Sequence record: NC_041873.1
Length of the DNA stretch: 50,298 nucleotides
Origin: Escherichia phage JMPW2
Reading direction: 5' to 3' (one strand)
Shown: piece after piece, positions 36,766 through 46,320 of the stretch
How the letters are laid out: each line of letters opens with the position of its first letter
Position numbering within the stretch: the first letter of the stretch is position 1
Notes under the pieces: model-generated
The model's database searches: none
What the model was told of the DNA's origin: nothing
What the model saw: only the letters and a program-made list of their open reading frames with translations
Position numbers and translations under genes: made by a program

Positions 36766-38778
36766 ATGAACATTAAAAAGCAGATTGCATTACTTGGCGA
36801 GGACTATATAAAGCGAACTCAGGAGCGATTCACTGTCGGTGAGGTTGTTCCTTATCCGTACCAGGTTGTTGCTTATGCTGAGATCGCGAAACGCCTATCA
36901 AATTACGAGCATCCATTCTTTGTTAAAGCGTCAGTATCTGCGGGTAAGACCATCATTTTTGCTATGGTTGCAAAGCAGTGTCAGAAAATGGGCTTAAAAA
37001 TGCTCGTTCTGGCTCGCCAGGGTGAGATTGTCGATCAGGATAGCGAGGAGATTGACAACTTTGGGGTAACTAACTCCATATTCTCAGCCTCATTAGGTAT
37101 TAAGTCCTGCTATTTTCCTATCGTGGTAGGCTCAGAGGGTACTGTTGCAAATGGCCTCGACAATGAGCTTGCTGATTTCGTCCCGCATGTAATTGGGATC
37201 GACGAATGTCACCAGGTGGATTGGGAAGACCTTGCGCAAGCCATTGAGGGCAAGGAAACAATGGAACAAATGAGGGGCGAGAAGGGAAAAATCATCATGG
37301 ATGGAGATATTCCCCTGATTGGTAATGATGGAAAACCTTTGCTTGGGACTAAGCGCAGTCAGTACACGATCGTAATCATGGAAATGATGCGGCGCTGTAA
37401 AAAGGTTCACGGTCACGATCTCAGAATATTTGGTATGACTGGATCTGAATTTCGTGGCGTAGTTCCTATTCTGGTAGAGAATCCGAAAGCATTGGGATTC
37501 TGGCGTGAGCGAGTAACTGATATCGACACAAACTATCTGATTGAGTTCGGTTCTGTTGTGCCGACAATATTCGGTTCAACAGACGGAGTTCATTACGATC
37601 TGGATAAGTTCAAGGCGTCGAGCGAGGACGGAGTGCAGGACTTTACAGAGAAAGACATGAAGGCTATGGAAGATGAGATCCTTCATGATAAATCACTGAC
37701 TCAGCGAATCATGCAAATGGTCGCCAAAAAGGCCGAAGAGCGTAACGCTGTTCTTATTACATGTGCTGGGGTGCGTCACTGCAAAGAGGCGGCGGCGGCG
37801 CTTCCGCCAGGAAGCACCTATGCAATCATCACTGGCGATACTGACACCAAAACGCGCAAGAAGATTCTTGATGATGTAAGGGCAGGAAAGATTAAATATA
37901 CCTTTCAGGTCATGGCGCTCACGACTGGCGTTAACGTTCCAAATTGGGATTTCAGCGTAATACTTCGCAAGATAGGGTCGCTCACGCTGTTGATTCAACT
38001 TTTGGGTAGGGGTATGCGTCTGCTTAAACCCTGGCAGGTTGCTGATGGAATGGTTAAGCAGGACCATCTGGTATGGGATTTCGCAGGTACGATGGATGAG
38101 TTGGGTCAGCTTTATTTCGATCCGATACTTGAGCAAGCACAATTCCAAAAGCGCTTTGAAAACGGCAAAGATCCGAAAACATGTCCGAAATGCGGTTGCG
38201 TAAATAGCTTCTATGCTCGACGATGCGTTAATGTCATTGATGGTGAACGTTGCGATCATTTCTGGACTTCTCAGATTTGTGAGGACCAGGTTGACGAGCG
38301 CACCGGAAAAATCCTTGTTAAAGGATGCGGTGCAGAGAATGACGTTGTGGCCCGAGTCTGTCGTTGTTGTGATGTTTCGCTTGTCGATCCTAACCTGAAG
38401 TTATCCGGTAAGGCGTACACTAAGAATGACTGGTATGAAGTAAAGAATTTTGAGGTTACGCTAACCAAAAACCAGAAAGGCATAATATACAAATACACTC
38501 TTATTAACGATGATGGTGATGAGTTCAAGGCGTATGAAAAATTCTTCCCCGAGTCTGACTCTAAGATTTGCGGTACGATATGGAAAACTAAAGGTGTATT
38601 GCCACACGTATCGGATCCTAAAATGCGCCGATACTTTATCGGAATGAAGAACGCCATCAAGATTTTGCAATACTCACATCATATTGCTCACCCGGTGCGC
38701 GTAACTCATCGTCGCAACCAGAAGAAAGAAGATATTATCTCACGAAAAGACTTTGGTATGGAGGATATCCCGGAATGA
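36766..38778 (+). CDS. SF2 DExH-box helicase with C-terminal zinc ribbon
   Basis: Walker A SVSAGKT, DECH box (IGIDECHQV), C-terminal CPKCGC...C..C. Confidence 0.8.
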   Translation: MNIKKQIALLGEDYIKRTQERFTVGEVVPYPYQVVAYAEIAKRLSNYEHPFFVKASVSAGKTIIFAMVAKQCQKMGLKMLVLARQGEIVDQDSEEIDNFGVTNSIFSASLGIKSCYFPIVVGSEGTVANGLDNELADFVPHVIGIDECHQVDWEDLAQAIEGKETMEQMRGEKGKIIMDGDIPLIGNDGKPLLGTKRSQYTIVIMEMMRRCKKVHGHDLRIFGMTGSEFRGVVPILVENPKALGFWRERVTDIDTNYLIEFGSVVPTIFGSTDGVHYDLDKFKASSEDGVQDFTEKDMKAMEDEILHDKSLTQRIMQMVAKKAEERNAVLITCAGVRHCKEAAAALPPGSTYAIITGDTDTKTRKKILDDVRAGKIKYTFQVMALTTGVNVPNWDFSVILRKIGSLTLLIQLLGRGMRLLKPWQVADGMVKQDHLVWDFAGTMDELGQLYFDPILEQAQFQKRFENGKDPKTCPKCGCVNSFYARRCVNVIDGERCDHFWTSQICEDQVDERTGKILVKGCGAENDVVARVCRCCDVSLVDPNLKLSGKAYTKNDWYEVKNFEVTLTKNQKGIIYKYTLINDDGDEFKAYEKFFPESDSKICGTIWKTKGVLPHVSDPKMRRYFIGMKNAIKILQYSHHIAHPVRVTHRRNQKKEDIISRKDFGMEDIPE

Positions 38779-39191
38779 TTACAGACAAAGGTGATTATTT
38801 AGAATTTTACGAGAGAGATCCAAGCGACACTCGAAAGGAGGACGCTCATCAGGTGGATTGTGTATCCTGGCTGAAATACAATTTTCCTCACCTTCTATTT
38901 TGGCACACTGTCAATGAAGGTGAAAAAACAATCACATCGGCGCTCAGGGATGAGCAGGCCGGATTACTTAAAGGCGTGTCAGACTTCGTTATCCTGATTG
39001 GTGTTAACTCACGATACCCGTTTGCAGCAATCGAACTTAAGCGGGTTAATAAGTCAGGCAAAGGAAAGGCGTCACCAGTCAGCGACAAGCAAAGGGAATT
39101 TCTCCAAAAGGTCCGGGAGCGTGGCGGCTTCTCTGCCGTCGCATACGGATTCGGGCAATTCAAGATCGCAATTTACGAAATGATGAAATAG
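38775..39191 (+). CDS. VRR-NUC domain nuclease
   Basis: VDCVSWL...DFVILIG...AAIELKRV resembles the VRR-NUC fold pattern; ATGA overlap with helicase. Confidence 0.55.
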   Translation: MITDKGDYLEFYERDPSDTRKEDAHQVDCVSWLKYNFPHLLFWHTVNEGEKTITSALRDEQAGLLKGVSDFVILIGVNSRYPFAAIELKRVNKSGKGKASPVSDKQREFLQKVRERGGFSAVAYGFGQFKIAIYEMMK

Positions 39192-39207
39192 CACTTTTTG
39201 TTAAAAC
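39187..39207 (+). promoter_or_regulatory. palindromic box upstream of dam
   Basis: aatagcactttttgttaaaac. Confidence 0.5.
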
Positions 39208-39258
39208 TGCCGGAATGGAATCTGGCATTATTATCTCACCAACACTAGAGGACTAAAA

Positions 39259-39972
39259 ATGAAAGACTTTAATGATATCGAAACTATCGACTTTGCTGAA
39301 ACTGGTTGCTCATTCACTCGCGAAGCAATAGCGTTTGGCGGTTATTATCAGGCACTAAAAACTCCAACATGCAAAGAGATTTCAGGCCGTCGATATAAGG
39401 GAACCAATACGCCGGATGTTGTTCGTGATTTATGGTCAACCCCGCGCGAGGTTATTGCGTACCTTGAGGGGCGTTATGGAAAATACGATCTCGACGCTGC
39501 GGCAAGCGAAGAAAATAAAGTTTGCGAGAAGTTTTATTCTCAGGAAACAAACTGATTAAAACGTTGGTGGGGTAAAAACAAGCATGTATGGTTAAACCCT
39601 CCTTATAGTCGACCTGATATATTCGTCAAGAAGGCGATCGAGCAAATGGAGCACAATAATCAGATTGATATTCTGTTGCCTGCCGATAATTCTACAGCGT
39701 GGTTTACTGAGGCGCGACAGCACGCGGCTGAAATCATCTGGATTGAAGCTGACTTGACTGAGGATATTGACGGCAACGAGTATGCTCGATCCGGACGACT
39801 GGCGTTTATATCCGGTGAAACCGGAAAGGCCGTAGATGGTAATAACAAAGGTTCGGTAATTTTTATCATGCGCGAACTTAAAGATGGTGAGACGCAGCAA
39901 ACTCACTATATCCCAATCACAAGCATTTGCCCTTCGGTGAAAAACAAGCGCGCAAAAGTGAGGAAAGTATGA
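39259..39972 (+). pseudogene. dam: phage Dam-type N6-adenine methyltransferase interrupted by in-frame TGA at 39553..39555
   Basis: Same frame either side of the TGA: upstream LWSTPREVIAYLEGRYGKYDLDAAAS, downstream WLNPPYS (motif IV); track ORFs 39259..39555 and 39646..39972. Confidence 0.7.
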
Positions 39973-40220
39973 TGAACGAGAAAATGATTCCGGTTAAGTT
40001 AACTGATCAAGGTTTATGGCTGCTTTATCGAGCTACGTGCTGCGAGATTATGGAGCGAAACGGATTGACTAATGATGTTATTGGTTGCGATCTGTGGGAG
40101 TTCACTAGTTCTCTTGATATGTCTTTCGATGAGATAAAAAATGAATACATAGAGAATTGGCCTTCAATCATACAGAGAGACGTAGAGGAACTTAAAGCTG
40201 ATATGATCGTTCAGCACTAA
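39969..40220 (+). CDS. hypothetical protein
   Basis: Internal ATG of track ORF 39927..40220 with SD gaggaaag. Confidence 0.5.
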   Translation: MMNEKMIPVKLTDQGLWLLYRATCCEIMERNGLTNDVIGCDLWEFTSSLDMSFDEIKNEYIENWPSIIQRDVEELKADMIVQH

Positions 40221-40254
40221 TTGCTAAAACTACCCGGCGAAAGTCGGGTATAGT
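40211..40254 (+). promoter_or_regulatory. palindromic box plus stem-loop
   Basis: tcagcactaattgctaaaac; hairpin tacccg...cgggta then TATAGT. Confidence 0.55.
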
Positions 40255-40286
40255 TATTTCATCAAAACGAAATGAGGAATAAGAAG

Positions 40287-40496
40287 ATGGCACGCATTAA
40301 CGCAAACTTTTTCAATATCGCTCAACAGTCCGCAAAAATGGCTGTTCATATCACTGACAAGAAAGGTGGCAACTTTGATTGGGATATTGCTATGAACTTC
40401 CTTAAAATGGCTTATTACCTCTGCTCAGTCAAAGATGTTGAGTGTTTTATTGAAAGCGTGGAGAAACTAACCAATGCTGATAAAAAAACAAGGTAA
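40287..40496 (+). CDS. hypothetical protein
   Basis: Internal ATG of track ORF 40272..40496; module upstream. Confidence 0.5.
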   Translation: MARINANFFNIAQQSAKMAVHITDKKGGNFDWDIAMNFLKMAYYLCSVKDVECFIESVEKLTNADKKTR

Positions 40497-40746
40497 ACGA
40501 GAGGTTTGGGATCACGCGAAGGAGTGCGGAATCTCAGACGATATAGCACTAATAGCAAAATATTTCGATATAAAGGATGTTAGCATCATCTCAAACGGAA
40601 AGATTTCATTTATGGAAGATATGCCGAGAAAAATGCATAGAGTTCCAGCCACTCCATCACTTGAGTTTTACCGCGAAGAGGGAAAGAGAATTGAGCGAGA
40701 AAGAAAATCCACAAAAAACGGCAAGTCTTCCCGGCTTAAATATTAA
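40474..40746 (+). CDS. hypothetical protein
   Basis: Track ORF; starts in an A7 tract overlapping upstream gene. Confidence 0.35.
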   Translation: MLIKKQGKREVWDHAKECGISDDIALIAKYFDIKDVSIISNGKISFMEDMPRKMHRVPATPSLEFYREEGKRIERERKSTKNGKSSRLKY

Positions 40747-40978
40747 TGCGGACGAATACCAGGCAATATGGATCGGGAAAAAGCAGGTTAAGCAAATCCC
40801 TTTCTCTGACTGGTTGCCACCTGACTTTGTTAATGTGCTTTGCACTATCGGTATTGAGCAGGAGTTGCATATAGGTTACTACTCACCTGGCCGAAACAGT
40901 ATGATGCTTGAGGTTGACGGAAAGCTCGTTGAGTTTAAATCTTCAGATCTAGGATTCTGGTTAAAGGCTGTGGCATGA
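40577..40978 (+). CDS. hypothetical protein (start uncertain, possibly TTG near 40692)
   Basis: Track ORF overlapping 40474..40746 in another frame. Confidence 0.35.
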   Translation: MLASSQTERFHLWKICREKCIEFQPLHHLSFTAKRERELSEKENPQKTASLPGLNINADEYQAIWIGKKQVKQIPFSDWLPPDFVNVLCTIGIEQELHIGYYSPGRNSMMLEVDGKLVEFKSSDLGFWLKAVA

Positions 40979-41056
40979 AACTTTATTTTGCTGTAGTATT
41001 AACACCGCTAATTTCATTTTCAGTAATGTATTTCATTATCATGTAAGGATTAAAAT

Positions 41057-42190
41057 ATGTCACAAGCTAAAATCACTACCGAGCAACTTATCGAAGAGCG
41101 CATGAGCGGCCTGACACTTCGCGAGATCGCGGAAAAGTACGGTATGCACATTCGCACTGTCGAGGCGCGTCACGCAAAACTTGCAAAAGAAGGCCACTTC
41201 CACGGCAACGAGCATGTTGCTAAGATGGTTCCGGAAGGCTTCATGGTAAAAGGCACGTCAACCATGATTGACGCGGAAGGTAACGAGAAGATTCGTTGGG
41301 TTAAGACATCAGTTGATAATGAGCGCCTTGAGGTTCTAATGGAAAAAGCGCGTGAAGCATTCTGTTCAGAGTTGCCTAAGGCTATTCCATCTGAATCACC
41401 TGACGTTAGTTTTGATGAAGACACGCTTGCGATGTATCCAGTTTTTGATTTGCACATTGGTGCTCTTGCTCACAAACATGAGTGCGGCGAAAACTACGAC
41501 ACAGCGACAGCAGAGAAGGTTATGAATGGGTTCTTTGACTACGCTGTAGATAAGGCGCCAAACTCAAAGAATGCCGTATTGGTATTGGGTGGCGATTTCC
41601 TACATTACGACTCTTTGGAGTCTAAGACTCCAGCGTCAGGCCATTACTTAGATTCTGACAGTCGTTACGCTAAGCTTGTTTATGTCGCAATCCGATCAGT
41701 ACGACGCGCAGTCTCTCGAATGCTGGAGAAGCACCAAGTTATTGATATTAAAGCAATAAGTGGGAATCACGACGAATCAGGGATGGTTTGGTTGCGCGCT
41801 GCGCTTGCTGCATTTTATGAAGATGAGCCGCGCGTAAATGTTGATGTTAGCCCTGCCGCAATGATGATGACCAGCTTTGGTAAGACCCTTATTGGATACA
41901 CTCACGGGCATCAAATGCGAAAAGCAGATACTCGACTAAGTGTTATGGCAACTGATTTTCGTAAGTTGTTTGGTCAAAGTGATTACGTTTACACGCATAG
42001 CGGTCACTGGCACAGTCAAAAGATTACAGAAACAAACTTGGGTATTGATGAGGTTCATGGTCAGCTTGGAAGTCCTGACGCATACTCTGCCAATGGCGGT
42101 TGGAGGTCTCAGCGTCAAGCTGCTGTGATTGTCTATCACAAGGAATTTGGTGAGGTTGGACGATTCATTTGTCGACCTGAAATGTTCTAA
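41057..42190 (+). CDS. HTH domain fused to calcineurin-like metallophosphoesterase
   Basis: N-terminal LTLREIAEKYGMHIRTVEAR; phosphoesterase motifs DLHIG, GGDFLH, GNHDE, HSGHWH. Confidence 0.7.
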   Translation: MSQAKITTEQLIEERMSGLTLREIAEKYGMHIRTVEARHAKLAKEGHFHGNEHVAKMVPEGFMVKGTSTMIDAEGNEKIRWVKTSVDNERLEVLMEKAREAFCSELPKAIPSESPDVSFDEDTLAMYPVFDLHIGALAHKHECGENYDTATAEKVMNGFFDYAVDKAPNSKNAVLVLGGDFLHYDSLESKTPASGHYLDSDSRYAKLVYVAIRSVRRAVSRMLEKHQVIDIKAISGNHDESGMVWLRAALAAFYEDEPRVNVDVSPAAMMMTSFGKTLIGYTHGHQMRKADTRLSVMATDFRKLFGQSDYVYTHSGHWHSQKITETNLGIDEVHGQLGSPDAYSANGGWRSQRQAAVIVYHKEFGEVGRFICRPEMF

Positions 42191-42230
42191 ATAGCACCTT
42201 TTGTTAAAACAGTACCCGCGAAAGCGGGTA
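42189..42230 (+). promoter_or_regulatory. palindromic box plus stem-loop
   Basis: aaatagcaccttttgttaaaac; hairpin tacccgcg...cgcgggta then TATTAT. Confidence 0.55.
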
Positions 42231-42262
42231 TTATTGTTTTATAGAAACAAGAGGAGATTGCA

Positions 42263-42745
42263 ATGAACTGGCACGAGCATTACGAATATAGGGATGGTGT
42301 TCTATATCACAAGGTAAAGCCATGCAGAAGGCATGATGTAAATATTGGGGATGTTGCTGGAAGGGTTGCCAAAAACGGCTATCACTATGTTGTTCACAAG
42401 AACAGGCCGTATAAGAGATCTCGAGTTATATGGGAGATGTTTAATGGTGAGATACCAGATGGTTTTGTTATAGATCATCTGAATCACAATGCCACCGATG
42501 ATAGGATCGATAACCTTGAGTGTAAGCCAAGAAGAGAGAATATGGTTAATGTTAAGTTAAGGATTGATAGCACGACCGGAGTAACTGGCGTATCAAGAAA
42601 GAGGGATAACAAGTGGAGGGCGTACATAACAATTATGGGTAAGCAGAAGTGCAAGAGCTTTGACACGTTTGAGGAAGCTTGCGCGCAGAGGATTGAATGG
42701 TCAGTAACTCATGATTTTCACCCAAATCACGGTGGAACATACTAA
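42263..42745 (+). CDS. HNH homing endonuclease with AP2-like domain
   Basis: DHLNHNATDDRIDNLECKPRRENMVN plus TTGVTGVSRKRDNKWRAYI. Confidence 0.8.
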   Translation: MNWHEHYEYRDGVLYHKVKPCRRHDVNIGDVAGRVAKNGYHYVVHKNRPYKRSRVIWEMFNGEIPDGFVIDHLNHNATDDRIDNLECKPRRENMVNVKLRIDSTTGVTGVSRKRDNKWRAYITIMGKQKCKSFDTFEEACAQRIEWSVTHDFHPNHGGTY

Positions 42746-42790
42746 TAGCACCTTTTACCTAACCCGCGCCACAGAAGTGCGGCATAGTAA
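42744..42790 (+). promoter_or_regulatory. box variant plus stem-loop
   Basis: aatagcaccttttacctaac; GC stem then CATAGT. Confidence 0.4.
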
Positions 42791-42817
42791 CCACATCGAA
42801 AACAGAGATGCTATATC

Positions 42818-42994
42818 ATGAAGATAGTCAAGTGCATCCGAAATGACTCCAAAACACTTCCATTCCGTGTAAATCAGATCTATAGTGTTGGTTATGATTT
42901 CGGTGGGGGATTATTTGAGATTTACGACGGGCGAGGTTCAGCAATCCAGACTCCTCTGAACGGTCACTACCTGGAATTTATTGAGATAGATTAA
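42818..42994 (+). CDS. small-beta-domain family protein (58 aa)
   Basis: Hand-translated MKIVKCIRNDSKTLPFRVNQIYSVGYDFGGGLFEIYDGRGSAIQ...; below track cutoff. Confidence 0.45.
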   Translation: MKIVKCIRNDSKTLPFRVNQIYSVGYDFGGGLFEIYDGRGSAIQTPLNGHYLEFIEID

Positions 42995-43112
42995 CAATAG
43001 CATTCATCACCTTACAGGCTGGCATGATTTACATGCTGGCCTTTTTGCGTTGTGTCAAATAAATTTGAAGGTTAAAATCGACTCACTTGTTCAAAAAATA
43101 TATGGTGAGATT

Positions 43113-43328
43113 ATGAAAGAGTTTTTAACGGCTGCTACGTCAAGCACTGGCGGTGCTTCGTTGGTAGGGGCGGCGACAGGGCAACTTTATATTGCTGGCG
43201 CTACATTCATTTGCTTTCTGCTTTTTGGTGCCTGGGGAGCGTACTGGAAGTATCGTGATAGCAAGGCAATTCAGGAAGCGTTAAACGATGGCGATCTAAA
43301 TAAGGCGCTTAAGATCAGGGGGAGATAA
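43113..43328 (+). CDS. holin
   Basis: About 71 aa with hydrophobic segments and charged C-terminus, directly upstream of endolysin. Confidence 0.55.
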
Positions 43329-43816
43329 TGAGTTTAAAAAATAACGTTATAGGCGCATCAATCGGGGCCGCTTTGACGTTGACACCTACCCTACTGGAAC
43401 GGATCGAAGGTATAGAATACGAGGTTTATTACGATATCGCCGGAGTCCCTACCGTATGCAGCGGAATAACCGGGCCTGACGTCATACCTGGTAAGAAATA
43501 CACTAAGCGAGAATGCGATGCATTGCTGATAAAACATATCGGCGTCGCTCAGCGATACGTTGACAAGAAGGTTAAGGTTGACATTCCGGTAACTATGCGC
43601 GCATCACTGTATAGCTTCACTTTCAACGTTGGGACTGGCGCTTTCGGATCGTCTACAATGCTTAAGCTAATCAATCAGCGCAAGCACAAAGAAGCGTGTA
43701 ATCAGTTATGGCGATGGGTATACTACTACAACCCAAAAACCAAAAAGCGCGAAGTGTCGAGAGGGATCAAGAATCGGCGCGCTGAAGAATACGCATATTG
43801 CGTTAAGGAACTATAA
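43328..43816 (+). CDS. SAR endolysin (GH24 lysozyme)
   Basis: Signal-anchor-like [17 protein letters not shown]; catalytic spacing E-x8-D-x5-T ([16 protein letters not shown]). Confidence 0.75.
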
Positions 43817-44217
43817 TGAAACTTAAGAAAACGTGCATTGCAATTACGGTTGCTGTTGGTGTGATTTCTCTATCCGGTTGTTCGACGGCATCTGCTCTGA
43901 GTGGTTTACTTTCTGACTCCCCGGATGTTACGGCGCAGGTTGGCGCTGAGAACACAAAACAACTAGCAGGAGTAACAGCAAAGGCGGATGATAAGCGAGA
44001 AGTGAAGGTGAGTGATTCAAATATTGGCAAGATTGACTCATCCGTCAAGAAGTCCGTGGAGGTGTCAACCATTCAGGCCAACACGGTTAACGCTGAAAGC
44101 ATCACAGTAACCAAATCTGGAAGCTGGTACGATCCTGTGGTTTGCTGGATTCTAGTTTTTATTGTCCTGTTGCTGTTTTATTTTTTAATTCGTAAGCACG
44201 AAAAAAAGGAGGCGTAA
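43816..44217 (+). CDS. unimolecular spanin (lipoprotein signal plus C-terminal TM)
   Basis: N-terminal lipobox LSGC and C-terminal helix VVCWILVFIVLLLFYFLI, the T1 gp11 architecture. Confidence 0.65.
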   Translation: MKLKKTCIAITVAVGVISLSGCSTASALSGLLSDSPDVTAQVGAENTKQLAGVTAKADDKREVKVSDSNIGKIDSSVKKSVEVSTIQANTVNAESITVTKSGSWYDPVVCWILVFIVLLLFYFLIRKHEKKEA

Positions 44218-44230
44218 GCCTCCTTTCTTA
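44200..44230. terminator. bidirectional terminator
   Basis: aggaggc gtaa gcctcct hairpin flanked by A7 and T-rich runs. Confidence 0.6.
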
Positions 44231-44339
44231 TTTGTACCTTTTGACGTGAAGTAGCAACTCCCCATCCTGATCGCAAAGATTGTGCTCACCGTCGTTATTG
44301 GCCCTCATCGAAGTGAGCAGTAGGCTAAGTAATCCTTGC

Positions 44340-44747
44340 TCAAATTCTTCTTTCGTAAGCTGGAGCCTTGCGCACAATTCGACGTTCCGATCTATCAATG
44401 TTTCTACGTTCGCCAAACAAGTCTTCATCACTCATTTCTCCAATGTGCATCATTTCCCACGTATATCGATTGTTGTAGCCATCAATACACATCAGCTTCA
44501 TCATTACCGGGCGCTTGATCTTTCCCTTGCACCAGTAAAATCCACCCTTGCAATCAAGATAACCCTCAGTCACGCAGCGTGCGCAAAACTCCTTAGACAG
44601 CGCGCTTGTAAATTCACGGCGAGTCATTCCGGCGGCCTTAGCAAATCGCTCACTTTCCTTGTGGGCGTATATAAATTTCGCTATGTGCTGTCGAGTGTAT
44701 TTGTCGTAACCTTCGCAGAACCTGAACAGATCTAAAAGAAGAAGCAT
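44340..44747 (-). CDS. hypothetical protein
   Basis: Track ORF; ends 112 nt before terminator, with a second open frame (44228..44431) continuing to it. Confidence 0.45.
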   Translation of the reverse strand: MLLLLDLFRFCEGYDKYTRQHIAKFIYAHKESERFAKAAGMTRREFTSALSKEFCARCVTEGYLDCKGGFYWCKGKIKRPVMMKLMCIDGYNNRYTWEMMHIGEMSDEDLFGERRNIDRSERRIVRKAPAYERRI

Positions 44748-44751
44748 ATTA

Positions 44752-46320
44752 TTAACCCATCAGTCGAGGATTGATGAAAACAATATCATCAATCCGGCAA
44801 GTGTAGTTCATCTCTTCGAGCGTGATCAGCAGGCTGTCGATTCGCTCAGCTACTTTTTGTTGACCGTTGAACGGCGTAACGTTACGGCACTTTGCAACAA
44901 TGCTATGAATAGGTGCGCGACCTTTGTTCTTCTTTGCGATCTCAGTGATAACATCAATCAGCTTACGAGATTCAGCCTCATCACCAGCATACCCGGCGGC
45001 GCTGGCAGACGACAGATAGGTTCTGGAAAGCTCATTGAAAATCATGATCGCTTCCTGCATTGTTTCAAGGTCAATCTCACGGTTGGAACGGTTCGGTGAT
45101 TCACCATCCCAGTTCTTGATTGTGTGAAGAACTGAAGCAATGCGCAAAGCGTGCTTATCGAACTTGCCGAGATGACCGCGTAGCATTGAGTGAGAGTATT
45201 TGCCCCCGGCTGCGAAATCCGGCTCCATAGCCTGGCGAGCAAGGTTTAATTCACGCATAGCATTACGGCTTACAGAGAGAACAACGTTGTCCTCCTTCAT
45301 AATGTTGTGCACAAGTCGATAATATTTACTCACCAATCCTCGATCGACTTCCTTATACAGTGCATCACCATTTTCATCGCAAAGAATACGAGTGCCTAAA
45401 AGAGGTTCCTCGCGAACCAATAGGAAACGCTCAGATACACCGATACCGCGCTGGCCTGCGTCCATGATACCCTTGATTGTTTCATCCTGCGCAATGACGC
45501 AGATCGAACCGACCGGGCAAAGAGATAAGTTATTGTCCTGATTTGAACGCGCAACCTCCATATGGTTTTTATCCCACGCCTTGAGGATAAGCTCGCTGTT
45601 TGATTTCTTATCAGAACCGCCATAAGTCAGGCCAAGCAATGTATTTATTGCCGTTGCCTCATCAGAGATTACGGAAAAGTGGCCTTGAACAGCAGCTACT
45701 TTCGCAAGACCTTCCGGTGTAGGATCTGATACCGCGAAAACAATATCAGCCATCTTCTTGATCTTCTCTTCCAGTTTTTCCTTGTCCTCGTACAGCGCCG
45801 CCGTCGTGTTACCCTTCGGATCGTTTTTGATTTCCTTCTCGATCTGACGTAGCTGACTGGTTAAACGGATACGTTCCTTTTTGCGCTCTTCATTCAGTCT
45901 CTGAATCTCTGCGCGCATAGGTGTAATCGCCGCTGAGTTAATCGCGGATTTACCTGTTGATGGTGGCTGGCTAATCACCATATAAAGAGCGGTCGGTTGT
46001 TCTTCTCCGTGATATTGCACCCAAAACTTCCCTAGCATCGCGGCTGAGATGCACCCAATGAAATGAGCGTACGCAGACGAAACAGGAAACTGTACAGACT
46101 CAGCTTTTGCTTTTGCATATTCGAATACCAGGTTATCGCCACCTAACGAAATCAGCGGGAACTTATCGTTTCCACTGTTGATATCGATCGGGTCTTGCCA
46201 AAACGAAACTGAATCCCCGTAGCTGTTTTCACGAATTGCGATCGCCACCGGATTAACTCCAGTGCTATTTGCGATCTCAATAATCTGTTGGTAATTCAGT
46301 TTTGGCTTAATATTAAACAT
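44752..46320 (-). CDS. P-loop NTPase (DUF3987-like, replication-associated)
   Basis: Walker A-like PPSTGKS; start at internal ATG (MFNIKP) with SD aaggag. Confidence 0.55.
   Translation of the reverse strand: MFNIKPKLNYQQIIEIANSTGVNPVAIAIRENSYGDSVSFWQDPIDINSGNDKFPLISLGGDNLVFEYAKAKAESVQFPVSSAYAHFIGCISAAMLGKFWVQYHGEEQPTALYMVISQPPSTGKSAINSAAITPMRAEIQRLNEERKKERIRLTSQLRQIEKEIKNDPKGNTTAALYEDKEKLEEKIKKMADIVFAVSDPTPEGLAKVAAVQGHFSVISDEATAINTLLGLTYGGSDKKSNSELILKAWDKNHMEVARSNQDNNLSLCPVGSICVIAQDETIKGIMDAGQRGIGVSERFLLVREEPLLGTRILCDENGDALYKEVDRGLVSKYYRLVHNIMKEDNVVLSVSRNAMRELNLARQAMEPDFAAGGKYSHSMLRGHLGKFDKHALRIASVLHTIKNWDGESPNRSNREIDLETMQEAIMIFNELSRTYLSSASAAGYAGDEAESRKLIDVITEIAKKNKGRAPIHSIVAKCRNVTPFNGQQKVAERIDSLLITLEEMNYTCRIDDIVFINPRLMG

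Noticed and set aside
39553-39555. Selenocysteine or programmed recoding at the dam TGA
   Set aside because: No SECIS-like hairpin immediately downstream, and the genome also has isolated in-frame TAA and TAG lesions, so simple nonsense mutation or error is more parsimonious.
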